Shown here in pieces: positions 33,401 through 45,791 of a stretch of DNA of 48,313 bases (the first letter of the stretch is position 1; every line of letters starts with the position of its first letter). Below the pieces are notes generated by a model. The model worked only from the letters and a program-made list of their open reading frames with translations, was not told where the DNA came from and searched no databases. Source of the DNA: Macrostomum lignano. Lineage: Eukaryota. The translations under genes and the position numbers were made by a program. The stretch lies in NCBI GenBank assembly GCA_002269645.1, contig NIVC01002794.1:1-48313 (forward strand), written 5' to 3'.

Positions 33401-36400
33401 TCGGGAATCTGAGAGATCGAGAATCTGAGAGATCGGGAATCTGAGAGATCGAGAATCTGAGAGATCGGGAATCTGAGAGATCGGGAATCTGAGAAGAGAT
33501 CGGGAATCTGAGAGATCGGGAATCTGAGAGATCGAGAATCTGAGAGATCGGGAATCTGAGAGATCGGGAATCTGAGAAGAGATCGGGAATCTGAGAGATC
33601 GGGAATCTGAGAGATCGGGAATCTGAGAAGAGATCGGGAATCTGAGAGATCGGGAATCTGAGAGATCGGGAATCTGAGAGATCGAGAATCTGAGAGATCG
33701 GGAATCTGAGAGATCGGGAATCTGAGAGATCGGGAATCTGAGAAGAGATCGGGAATCTGAGAGATCGGGAATCTGAGAGATCGGGAATCTGAGAGATCGG
33801 GAATCTGAGAGATCGGGAATCTGAGAGAGATCGGGAATCTGAGAGATCGGGAATCTGAGAGATCGGGAATCTGAGAGATCGGGAATCTGAGAGATCGGGA
33901 ATCTGAGAGATCGGGAATCTGAGAGATCGGAATCTGAGAGATCGGAATCTGAGAGATCGGAATCTGAGAGATCGGGAATCTGAGAGATCGGGAATCTGAG
34001 AGATCGGGAATCTGAGAGATCGGGAATCTGAGAGATCGGGAATCTGAGAGATCGGGAATCTGAGAGATCGGAATCTGAGAGATCGGGAATCTGAGAGATC
34101 GGGAATCTGAGAAGAGATCGGGAATCTGAGAGATCGGGAATCTGAGAGATCGGGAATCTGAGAGATCGGGAATCTGAGAGATCGGGAATCTGAGAGATCG
34201 GGAATCTGAGAGATCGGGAATCTGAGAGATCGGGAATCTGAGAGATCGGGAATCTGAGAGATCGGGAATCTGAGAGATCGGGAATCTGAGAGATCGGGAA
34301 TCTGAGAGATCGAGAATCTGAGAGATCGGGAATCTGAGAGATCGAGAATCTGAGAGATCGGGAATCTGAGAGATCGGGAATCTGAGAGATCGGGAATCTG
34401 AGAAGAGATCGGGAATCTGAGAGATCGGGAATCTGAGAGATCGGGAATCTGAGAAGAGATCGGGAATCTGAGAGATCGGGAATCTGAGAAGAGATCGGGA
34501 ATCTGAGAAGAGATCGGGAATCTGAGAAGAGATCGGGAATCTGAGAAGAGATCGGGAATCTGAGAAGAGATCGGGAATCTGAGAAGAGATCGGGAATCTG
34601 AGAAGAGATCGGGAATCTGAGAGATCGGGAATCTGAGAAGAGATCGGGAATCTGAGAAGAGATCGGGAATCTGAGAAGAGATCGGGAATCTGAGAAGAGA
34701 TCGGGAATCTGAGAAGAGATTGGGAATCTGAGAAGAGATTGGGAATCTGAGAAGAGATCGGGAATCTGAGAAGAGATTGGGAATCTGAGAAGAGATCGGG
34801 AATCTGAGAAGAGATTGGGAATCTGAGAAGAGATCGGGAATCTGAGAAGAGATCGGGAATCTGAGAAGAGATTGGGAATCTGAGAAGAGATCGGGAATCT
34901 GAGAAGAGATTGGGAATCTGAGAAGAGATCGGGAATCTGAGAAGAGATCGGGAATCTGAGAAGAGATCGGGAATCTGAGAGAGATCGGGAATCTGAGAAG
35001 AGATCGGGAATCTGAGAAGAGATCGGGAATCTGAGAAGAGATCGGGAATCTGAGAAGAGATCGGGAATCTGAGAGATCGGGAATCTGAGAAGAGATCGGG
35101 AATCTGAGAAGAGATCGGGAATCTGAGAAGAGATCGGGAATCTGAGAAGAGATCGGGAATCTGAGAGATCGGGAATCTGAGAAGAGATCGGGAATCTGAG
35201 AAGAGATCGGGAATCTGAGAAGAGATCGGGAATCTGAGAAGAGATCGGGAATCTGAGAAGAGATCGGGAATCTGAGAAGAGATCGGGAATCTGAGAAGAG
35301 ATCGGGAATCTGAGAGATCGGGAATCTGAGAAGAGATCGGGAATCTGAGAAGAGATCGGGAATCTGAGAAGAGATCGGGAATCTGAGAAGAGATCGGGAA
35401 TCTGAGAAGAGATCGGGAATCTGAGAAGAGATCGGGAATCTGAGAAGAGATCGGGAATCTGAGAAGAGATCGGGAATCTGAGAAGAGATCGGGAATCTGA
35501 GAAGAGATCGGGAATCTGAGAAGAGATCGGGAATCTGAGAAGAGATCGGGAATCTGAGAAGAGATCGGGAATCTGAGAAGAGATCGGGAATCTGAGAAGA
35601 GATCGGGAATCTGAGAAGAGATCGGGAATCTGAGAAGAGATCGGGAGGGAATCTGAGAAGAGATCGGGAATCTGAGAAGAGATCGGGAATCTGAGAAGAG
35701 ATCGGGAATCTGAGAAGAGATCGGGAATCTGAGAAGAGATCGGGAGGGAATCTGAGAAGAGATCGGGAATCTGAGAAGAGATCGGGAATCTGAGAGATCG
35801 GGAATCTGAGAAGAGATCGGGAATCTGAGAAGAGATCGGGAGGGAATCTGAGAAGAGATCGGGAATCTGAGAAGAGATCGGGAATCTGACAAGAGATCGG
35901 GAATCTGAGAAGAGATCGGGAATCTGAGAAGAGATCGGGAATCTGAGAGATCGGGAATCTGAGAAGAGATCGGGAATCTGAGAAGAGATCGGGAATCTGA
36001 GAAGAGATCGGGAATCTGAGAAGAGATCGGGAATCTGAGAAGAGATCGGGAATCTGAGAAGAGATCGGGAATCTGAGAAGAGATCGGGAATCTGAGAAGA
36101 GATCGGGAATCTGAGAAGAGATCGGGAATCTGAGAAGAGATCGGGAAATCTGAGAAGAGATCGGGAATCTGAGAAGAGATCGGGAATCTGAGAAGAGATC
36201 GGGAATCTGAGAAGAGATCGGGAATCTGACAAGAGATCGGGAATCTGAGAAGAGATCGGGAATCTGAGAAGAGATCGGGAATCTGAGAAGAGATCGGGAA
36301 TCTGAGAAGAGATCGGGAATCTGAGAAGAGATCGGGAATCTGAGAAGAGATCGGGAATCTGAGAAGAGATCGGGAATCTGAGAAGAGATCGGGAATCTGA

Positions 36401-39400
36401 GAAGAGATCGGGAGGGAATCTGAGAAGAGATCGGGAATCTGAGAAGAGATCGGGAATCTGAGAGATCGGGAATCTGAGAAGAGATCGGGAATCTGAGAAG
36501 AGATCGGGAGGGAATCTGAGAAGAGATCGGGAATCTGAGAAGAGATCGGGAATCTGACAAGAGATCGGGAATCTGAGAAGAGATCGGGAATCTGAGAAGA
36601 GATCGGGAATCTGAGAAGAGATCGGGAATCTGAGAAGAGATCGGGAATCTGAGAAGAGATCGGGAATCTGAGAAGAGATCGGGAATCTGAGAAGAGATCG
36701 GGAAATCTGAGAAGAGATCGGGAATCTGAGAAGAGATCGGGAAAGAGATCGGGAATCTGACAAGAGATCGGGAATCTGAGAAGAGATCGGGAGGGAATCT
36801 GAGAAGAGATCGGGAATCTGACAAGAGATCGGGAATCTGACAAGAGATCGGGAATCTGAGAAGAGATCGGGAATCTGAGAAGAGATCGGGAGGGAATCTG
36901 AGAAGAGATCGGGAATCTGACAAGAGATCGGGAATCTGACAAGAGATCGGGAATCTGAGAAGAGATCGGGAATCTGAGAGATCGGGAATCTGAGAGATCG
37001 GGAATCTGAGAGATCGAGAATCTGAGAGATCGGGAATCTGAGAGATCGGGAATCTGAGAGATCGGGAATCTGAGAAGAGATCGGGAATCTGAGAGATCGG
37101 GAATCTGAGAGATCGGGAATCTGAGAGATCGGGAATCTGAGAAGAGATCGGGAATCTGAGAGATCGAATCTGAGAGATCGGGAATCTGAGAGATCGGGAA
37201 TCTGAGAGATCGGGAATCTGAGAGATCGGGAATCTGAGAGATCGGGAATCTGAGAGATCGGGAATCTGAGAGATCGGGAATCTGAGAGATCGGGAATCTG
37301 AGAGATCGAGAATCTGAGAGATCGGGAATCTGAGAGATCGGGAATCTGAGAGATCGGGAATCTGAGAGATCGGGAATCTGAGAGATCGGGAATCTGAGAG
37401 ATCGGGAATCTGAGAGATCGGGAATCTGAGAGATCGGGAATCTGAGAGATCGGGAATCTGAGAGATCGGGAATCTGAGAGATCGGGAATCTGAGAGATCG
37501 GGAATCTGAGAGATCGGGAATCTGAGAGATCGGGAATCTGAGAGATCGGGAATCTGAGAGATCGGGAATCTGAGAGATCGGGAATCTGAGAGATCGGGAA
37601 TCTGAGAGATCGGGAATCTGAGAAGAGATCGGGAATCTGAGAGATCGGGAATCTGAGAGATCGGGAATCTGAGAGATCGGGAATCTGAGAGAGATCGGGA
37701 ATCTGAGAGATCGGGAATCTGAGAAGAGATCGGAATCTGAGAGATCGGGAATCTGAGAGATCGGGAATCTGAGAGATCGGGAATCTGAGAGATCGGGAAT
37801 CTGAGAGATCGAGAATCTGAGAGATCGGGAATCTGAGAGATCGGAATCTGAGAGATCGGGAATCTGAGAGATCGGGAATCTGAGAGATCGGGAATCTGAG
37901 AGATCGGGAATCTGAGAGATCGGGAATCTGAGAGATCGGGAATCTGAGAGATCGGGAATCTGAGAGATCGGGAATCTGAGAGATCGGGAATCTGAGAGAT
38001 CGGGAATCTGAGAGATCGGGAATCTGAGAGATCGGGAATCTGAGAGATCGGGAATCTGAGAGATCGGGAATCTGAGAGATCGGGAATCTGAGAGATCGGG
38101 AATCTGAGAGATCGAGAATCTGAGAGATCGGGAATCTGAGAGATCGGAATCTGAGAGATCGGGAATCTGAGAAGAGATCGAGAATCTGAGAGATCGGGAA
38201 TCTGAGAAGAGATCGGAATCTGAGAGATCGGGAATCTGAGAGATCGGGAATCTGAGAAGAGATCGGGAATCTGAGAGATCGGGAATCTGAGAAGAGATCG
38301 GGAATCTGAGAAGAGATCGGGAATCTGAGAAGAGATCGGGAATCTGAGAAGAGATCGGGAATCTGAGAAGAGATCGGGAATCTGAGAAGAGATCGGGAAT
38401 CTGAGAAGAGATCGGGAATCTGAGAAGAGATCGGGAATCTGAGAAGAGATCGGGAATCTGAGAAGAGATCGGGAATCTGAGAGATCGGGAATCTGAGAAG
38501 AGATCGGGAATCTGAGAAGAGATCGGGAATCTGAGAAGAGATCGGGAATCTGAGAAGAGATCGGGAATCTGAGAAGAGATTGGGAATCTGAGAAGAGATC
38601 GGGAATCTGAGAAGAGATCGGGAATCTGAGAAGAGATTGGGAATCTGAGAAGAGATCGGGAATCTGAGAAGAGATTGGGAATCTGAGAAGAGATCGGGAA
38701 TCTGAGAAGAGATTGGGAATCTGAGAAGAGATCGGGAATCTGAGAAGAGATCGGGAATCTGAGAAGAGATTGGGAATCTGAGAAGAGATCGGGAATCTGA
38801 GAAGAGATCGGGAATCTGAGAAGAGATCGGGAATCTGAGAGATCGGGAATCTGAGAAGAGATCGGGAATCTGAGAAGAGATCGGGAATCTGAGAAGAGAT
38901 CGGGAATCTGAGAAGAGATCGGGAATCTGAGAGATCGGGAATCTGAGAAGAGATCGGGAATCTGAGAAGAGATCGGGAATCTGAGAAGAGATCGGGAATC
39001 TGAGAAGAGATCGGGAATCTGAGAAGAGATCGGGAATCTGAGAAGAGATCGGGAATCTGAGAAGAGATCGGGAATCTGAGAAGAGATCGGGAATCTGAGA
39101 AGAGATCGGGAATCTGAGAAGAGATCGGGAATCTGAGAAGAGATCGGGAATCTGAGAAGAGATCGGGAATCTGAGAAGAGATCGGGAATCTGAGAAGAGA
39201 TCGGGAATCTGAGAAGAGATCGGGAATCTGAGAAGAGATCGGGAATCTGAGAAGAGATCGGGAATCTGAGAAGAGATCGGGAATCTGAGAAGAGATCGGG
39301 AATCTGAGAAGAGATCGGGAATCTGAGAAGAGATCGGGAATCTGAGAAGAGATCGGGAATCTGAGAAGAGATCGGGAATCTGAGAAGAGATCGGGAATCT

Positions 39401-42400
39401 GAGAAGAGATCGGGAATCTGAGAAGAGATCGGGAATCTGAGAAGAGATCGGGAATCTGAGAAGAGATCGGGAATCTGAGAAGAGATCGGGAATCTGAGAA
39501 GAGATCGGGAATCTGAGAAGAGATCGGGAATCTGAGAAGAGATCGGGAATCTGAGAAGAGATCGGGAATCTGAGAAGAGATCGGGAATCTGAGAAGAGAT
39601 CGGGAATCTGAGAAGAGATCGGGAATCTGAGAAGAGATCGGGAATCTGACAAGAGATCGGGAATCTGAGAAGAGATCGGGAATCTGAGAAGAGATCGGGA
39701 ATCTGAGAAGAGATCGGGAATCTGAGAAGAGATCGGGAATCTGAGAAGAGATCGGGAATCTGAGAAGAGATCGGGAATCTGAGAAGAGATCGGGAATCTG
39801 AGAAGAGATCGGGAATCTGAGAAGAGATCGGGAATCTGAGAAGAGATCGGGAATCTGAGAAGAGATCGGGAATCTGAGAAGAGATCGGGAATCTGAGAAG
39901 AGATCGGGAATCTGAGAAGAGATCGGGAATCTGAGAAGAGATCGGGAATCTGAGAAGAGATCGGGAATCTGAGAAGAGATCGGGAATCTGACAAGAGATC
40001 GGGAATCTGAGAAGAGATCGGGAATCTGAGAAGAGATCGGGAATCTGAGAAGAGATCGGGAATCTGAGAAGAGATCGGGAATCTGAGAAGAGATCGGGAA
40101 TCTGAGAAGAGATCGGGAATCTGAGAAGAGATCGGGAATCTGAGAAGAGATCGGGAATCTGAGAAGAGATCGGGAATCTGAGAAGAGATCGGGAATCTGA
40201 GAAGAGATCGGGAATCTGAGAGATCGGGAATCTGAGAAGAGATCGGGAATCTGAGAAGAGATCGGGAGGGAATCTGAGAAGAGATCGGGAATCTGACAAG
40301 AGATCGGGAATCTGAGAAGAGATCGGGAATCTGAGAAGAGATCGGGAATCTGAGAAGAGATCGGGAATCTGACAAGAGATCGGGAATCTGAGAAGAGATC
40401 GGGAATCTGAGAAGAGATCGGGAATCTGACAAGAGATCGGGAATCTGAGAAGAGATCGGGAGGGAATCTGAGAAGAGATCGGGAATCTGAGAAGAGATCG
40501 GGAATCTGACAAGAGATCGGGAATCTGAGAAGAGATCGGGAATCTGAGAAGAGATCGGGAATCTGACAAGAGATCGGGAATCTGACAAGAGATCGGGAAT
40601 CTGAGAAGAGATCGGGAATCTGAGAAGAGATCGGGAATCTGAGAAGAGATCGGGAATCTGAGAAGAGATCGGGAATCTGAGAAGAGATCGGGAATCTGAG
40701 AAGAGATCGGGAATCTGAGAAGAGATCGGGAGGGAATCTGAGAAGAGATCGGGAATCTGAGAAGAGATCGGGAATCTGAGAAGAGATCGGGAATCTGAGA
40801 AGAGATCGGGAGGGAATCTGAGAAGAGATCGGGAATCTGACAAGAGATCGGGAATCTGAGAAGAGATCGGGAATCTGAGAAGAGATCGGGAATCTGACAA
40901 GAGATCGGGAATCTGAGAAGAGATCGGGAATCTGAGAAGAGATCGGGAATCTGAGAAGAGATCAATCTAAATCAGGATTCGCACCCGTCTTCGGCTTTGG
41001 AATGTTGAAAATGGTGAGGTTAAAGCCCATGAGATTGAGTTCAGGCCGCCTCGTTGAGATTGTCACGTTCACATCGCCGACGAAGAGGCCGACAGGTTTG
41101 TTGTTGGCAAACGTGCAGAAGTCCTCGCTGAAAATCCGTCTCGTGCCGACTGCCTCGGGGTCGTCCTCGTCCGGCAGGACTCTCGCGCTGGATCGAAAGC
41201 CAACCCTCGGCTCGCAGGGCCCGCTTAAACCTGGATACATTGCTGAGGCTCTAAAAGTAATGAGAATTTATATCGCATTATTCGCATTCTTTTCTTGCTA
41301 CTATATACGAGTAGTAGAGTATAACGTATCAAAATGTGTAAAAGAATTTAAGGTTTTGATATTGACTCAATCCAGGACTTAATCCAGGACTCAATCCAAT
41401 ACTCAATCCAATACTCAATCTAATACTCAATCTAATACTCAATCCAATACTCAATCCAGGACTCAATCCAATAATCAATCCAATACTCAATCCAATACTC
41501 AATCCAATACTCAATCCAATACTCAATCCAATACTCAATCCAATACTCAATCCAATACTCAATCCAATACTCAATCTAACACTCAATCTAATACTCAATC
41601 CAATACTCAATCCAGGACTCAATCCAGGACTCAATCCAGGACTCAATCCAATACTCAATCCAATACTCAATCCAATACTCAATCCAGGACTCAATCCAGG
41701 ACTCAATCCAATACTCAATCCAATACTCAATCCAGGACTCAATCCAGGACTCAATCCAGGACTCAATCCAATACTCAATCCAATACTCAATCCAGGACTC
41801 AATCCAGGACTCAATCCAATACTCAATCCAATACTCAATCCAGGACTCAATCCAATACTCAATCCAATACTCAATCCAATACTCAATCCAATACTCAATC
41901 CAATACTCAATCCAGGACTCAGTGCAGGACTCCATCAATGGCGGGTTTTAAACGTGAAAATTTGAGAATCGCCTCTGTGCACGCACCCTGACAGTTGTCA
42001 TCGACCCACTTACTCATCTGGAGTCCTGCGAAATGAAAAAATTGGATGCTCCAAGTTGAGCGACAGTGACAACAAGTGCTGCGAATCTCGCGGCCGCAGC
42101 ACCCACGAACATTGGTTTTTGCCGGCAAGAACCGGCAATGTATCCCGTGGAACGGAAATCGTGCTTTTGTAGGGGCTGAGTTGGCGTGGCTGCGGGCACG
42201 AGCCGAGCACTGCGGGCGGCGCGGAGTGGCGACTGCTTGACACTTTTTGGGGCGGCGGTTATGGGCTGTTTTGGGGTGGCGGGCATGGGGTGTTTGGGGT
42301 GGCAGGCATGGGGTTGGCAGGCATGGGGTGTTTGGGGTGGCGGGCATGGGGTGTATGGGGTGGCGGGAATGGGATACTTGGGGTGGCAGGCATGGGGGGT

Positions 42401-45400
42401 TTGGGGTGGCGGGCATGGGGTGCTTGGGGTGGCGGTCATGGGGTGTTTGGGGTGGCGGGCATGGGGTGTTTTGGAGTAGCGGGCATGGGTGTTTGGGGTG
42501 GCAGGCATGGGGTTTTTGGGGTGGCGGGCATGGGGTGCATTAAAGTGAAACAAAGTATCAGGCTGCTTACAGGGAGTGGATCGATCAACGAACCGATAGA
42601 AAAGCTCGAATCCCCGTGCATCTCTGCGTGACCCTATTCTGAGATGCGACTGGAACTTGATCTGAACGCTGCCGACAGCCGTAACAACTTTCTCGCCCAG
42701 CTGGACGTCACTGTTTGCGCAGAACCGTTTGGACTCTCTGCTTCCTCCGTACTCAGAGAACTGACTGTACGTGATGGAAACATAATCGTTGGACATCGGG
42801 CAGAAGTCTGCAGGACAGTTGGAGCGAGAAAAAAAGATTAGCAAACTGTTTTTTGTGTGACTAGAGACCCGCTACCTACCGATCCTCCTTCACCCTCCAA
42901 TTCACCGCTTACCCTCCTTCACCGCTAGCCTCCTTCACCGCTAGCCTCCTTCACCGCTAGCCTCCTTCACCACTAGCCTCCTTCACCACTAGTCTCCTTC
43001 ACCATTAGCCCCCTTCACCACTAGCCCCCTTCACCACTAGCCCCCTTCACCACTAGCCTCCTTCACCGCTAGCCTCCTTCACCACTAGCCTCCTTCACCA
43101 CTGGCCCCCTTCACCACTAGCCTCCTTCACCACTAGCCTCCTTCACCACTAGCCTCCTTCACCACTAGCCTCCTTCACCACTAGCCCCCTTCACCACTAG
43201 CCTCCTTCACCACTAGCCTCCTTCACCACTAGCCTCCTTCACCACTAGCCTCCTTCACGACTAACCCCCTTCACCGCTTACCCTCCTTCACTGTTTACAC
43301 TCCTTCACCGCTCCCTCCGCTCCCCTTGCTTCCCCCCTCAGTGCCTCGCAGCCCTCGTCGCACTCACGGATACGCCGCGTGATGTTATAATAACTGAAAG
43401 GCCTCCCAAACCGGAACATACGGCGCGCCAATTTAAATTTGTTAAATGAAAACTCGGCCACCTTGCCAGATGGAACTGACACAGTCCAGCTGCAGGACAT
43501 GCCAGGTTCGTACGACTGTGGCGGATCATAGTACAGTCTTATTCCGCCGCCGTCGGGCATAGATACCTTCTCTGGGCACTGCTCTGCGGGTGCGAGGCAG
43601 TGCTATTAGGCATGAGGCTGAGAGGCTGATGAGCACATGATGAAGCATGTGGGAGACTGGAAACTTGGTGACGAAGTATGACGGAGACCGGAAGCTTAAT
43701 TATGAAGTATGAGAGAGACTGGAAGCTTGGTGATGAAACAAAGGAGACCGGAAGCTTGATGATGAAGCAAAAATGAGACTGAAGGCTTGATGATGATGCA
43801 AAAATGAGACTGGAAGCTTGATGATGATGCAGAAAGGAGACTGGAAGCTTGATGATGAAGCACGATGGAGACTGGAAGCTTGAAGATGAAGCACGATGGA
43901 GACTGAAGGCTTGATGATGAAGCACGATGGAGACTGGAAGCATGATGAAGCAAAAAAGAGACAGGAAGCTTGATGATGAAGCACGATGGAGACTGGAAGC
44001 TTGAAGATGAAGCACGATGGAGACTGGAAGCTTGATGCTGAAGCAAGAGGGAGACTAGAGATCAGCAATTTAATGATAAACTCTTTTTTATTAACCATCA
44101 ATGAACTCTCTGCTAGTCTGAAACTGGCCCGGAATCAGCTCGGAGAAGTCCGCAGCGAACCAGGTGACTCTGAAGCCTGTGCCGACGCTGGAATCTGTTC
44201 GCAGCTCCAAAGTGGCGCTGCCCTGGCTGACCAACTGGATGGGCCTTCTGAGCTTGCAGAACACCCGCCGCTGGCTTGACGAGCTGCCCCTCAGCTGGTA
44301 GGAGACGGTCAGGTTGTCAAGGACGCACGGGCTGTGATAACTGCCCTCGAGCTGCACCCGGTCGAACTTGATGAAAACCGCTTGTAGAGGGTTGCTGCCG
44401 CGCAGGGACCAGCTGCAGTCGGCGTTGTGAATGTAGCTGCCATCAGCAGATGACATTTCCAACACGGTTGTATTGATGTACCTGCCAGCCAACCGGACTG
44501 GACTGCCAGGGTGTTCAATGCTGCTGCACGAGCCTCTGGCGCCTGCGGGTGAGTCAGCGAAATCAGGTCACTGCAGATTGTTCCTTGCTCCTGTGGGAGC
44601 GGAACCAAACTGAGCGGAGACTTGGATTGCTAATCTATCTATACTGAATGGATTGCTAATCTATCTATACTGAATGGATTGCTCCTGTGGGAGCGGAACC
44701 AAACTGAGCGGAGACTTGGATTGCTAATCTATCTATTCTGAATGGATTGCTAATCCATCTATACTGAATGGATTGCTAATCTATCTATACTGAATGGATT
44801 GCTCCTGTGGGAGCGGAACCAAACTGAGCGGAGACTTGGATTGCTAATCTATCTATTCTGAATGGATTGCTAATCCATCTATACTGAATGGATTGCTAAT
44901 CTATCTATACTGAATGGATTGCTAATCTATCCAGCTCATGCACTACAAACCTGTGGTCCGGAAAACCGGGCTGATCTCATTTCTCCTGATCATGGCCGCG
45001 GCCTCCACCGGGCTGACTTGCTCATAGTAAACCTTGAAGCCGCGCATGTTCACGCTGGAGTCGGACACGAATCGAAGTGTGAAAGGTGCGTCAGTCAGCA
45101 GCACGAGATTGGAGTGCCGGCCGCACAGCACCCGAGTCTCCCTGGCCCCGTTCAGCATGTACATCACAGTCAAATTGTCGTACTTGCACCGCTGAAAAGT
45201 GCTGGACGTTTCCAGCTCGATCTTCTCGAAGGTGATCCGCCACCAGTAGCCGGCTGGCTCGGGTGCGCCGCCATTGTAGAGGCAGTTGGCTCGGCTGTCG
45301 TAGCTCTCGCCAGCCTCGTACTCGGAATGCGAGTAGATTACAATCCTTGGCTTACTGTTGAGGACTCTGGTCGCTACTGTCGGGCAATGTTCTGACGCCC

Positions 45401-45458
45401 CCAGCAACCCGCTGGTCAGCAGGAGCAGCCAAAGCAGAGCTGAGCCACCCACAGTCAT
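27408..45458 (-). CDS. Type I membrane protein with signal peptide, about 7 CUB/CUB-like domains, TM helix and short Cys-rich tail (1162 aa, 11 exons)
   Basis: complement join(44951-45458, 44096-44542, 43299-43583, 42571-42807, 42014-42209, 40985-41250, 32760-32890, 31936-32143, 29558-30082, 28083-28628, 27408-27547) = 3489 nt. All ten junctions are GT-AG and phase-consistent (1,1,1,1,2,1,0,1,1,1). CUB motifs: CSWSL...IKFDRVQLE...CVLDNLTV...FC...RTDSSVGTGFRVTW, and FVSDSSVNMRGFKVYY. TM GLVFLAIVLTLLLLGCLLFI. The exon 7 acceptor (AAG) is weak and domains 5-7 are diverged. Confidence 0.85.
27588..27960. repeat. ~12 x 31-bp minisatellite (GGTATTTATACTCGGGAACCGGGTAACCACC) in CUB intron 10
   Basis: Tandem units that degenerate toward 27960. 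Confidence 0.92.
28720..29062. repeat. ~18 x 18-bp minisatellite (AAGACCCACCTCACCTTC) in CUB intron 9
   Basis: Tandem units; KTHLTF periodicity in the ORF track. Confidence 0.93.
29072..29538. repeat. ~39 x 12-bp minisatellite (GAGAGCCCACCT) in CUB intron 9
   Basis: Tandem units starting about 20 nt inside the donor at 29557. Confidence 0.95.
30160..31885. repeat. ~170 x 10-bp satellite (TT(C/T)AATCCCA) filling CUB intron 8
   Basis: About 1.7 kb of degenerate decamer. Confidence 0.96.
32224..32735. repeat. ~25 x 20-bp minisatellite (AGGACACAGGGAAGGAACT(G/A)) in CUB intron 7
   Basis: Tandem units beginning right after the donor at 32759. Confidence 0.95.
33010..40963. repeat. ~8-kb satellite of 16/19-bp units (GAG(AAG)AGATCGGGAATCT) filling CUB intron 6
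   Basis: Roughly 440 units. It is the source of the 2641-, 2660- and 1307-aa pseudo-ORFs. Variant blocks recur with about 3.9-kb spacing. Confidence 0.98.
41364..41925. repeat. ~47 x 12-bp minisatellite (ACTCAATCCAAT / ACTCAATCCAGG) in CUB intron 5
   Basis: Two interspersed 12-bp variants. Confidence 0.95.
42265..42538. repeat. ~12 x 23-bp G-rich minisatellite (CATGGGGTGTTTGGGGTGGCGGG) in CUB intron 4
   Basis: Tandem units with three G-tracts each. Confidence 0.92.
42900..43290. repeat. ~24 x 16-bp minisatellite (CCTCCTTCACCACTAG) in CUB intron 3
   Basis: Tandem units abutting the donor at 43298. Confidence 0.93.
43650..44040. repeat. ~12 x 31-bp minisatellite (GAGACTGGAAGCTTGATGATGAAGCACGATG) in CUB intron 2
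   Basis: Degenerate tandem units. Confidence 0.9.
44586..44930. repeat. Composite repeat in CUB intron 1 (26-bp GGATTGCTAATCTATCTATACTGAAT units nested in a ~95-120-bp higher-order unit)
   Basis: CTCCTGTGGGAGCGGAACCAAACTGAGCGGAGACTT occurs three times (about 44590, 44684, 44804), separated by 26-mer copies. Confidence 0.9.
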
Positions 45459-45791
45459 TTAGCACAGTTTGAGCCCAGCAATTCAATGTAACAACAGTTG
45501 ACATTTGCATCAAAGCTGACCAAGACAGGGTCACATTATATTGCCATTCAGCAGGCGAGTGGCATCGCTTAGCATAAACATTCCTTATCTGACTCCAATC
45601 AGACAGTGCAACACAGTTGCATCAAATTATTTCAGGCTTTATAGATTTCTATGCTTGATAATCTGAATAAATAAAGTTGCACAATTGCGCGCTGGGCTCT
45701 GATGTTTCAAAATTATGGTTTTGCTGACTATGTGAAGCGTTGCATAACCTTTTATCGCTAATAGTTAAACTGCATCCTGTCACAGGTGACG

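Noticed and set aside
32975-40965. 2641-, 2660- and 1307-aa ORFs
   Set aside because: They are translations of a stop-free 16/19-bp satellite, open in all three minus frames, and lie inside a phase-consistent intron.
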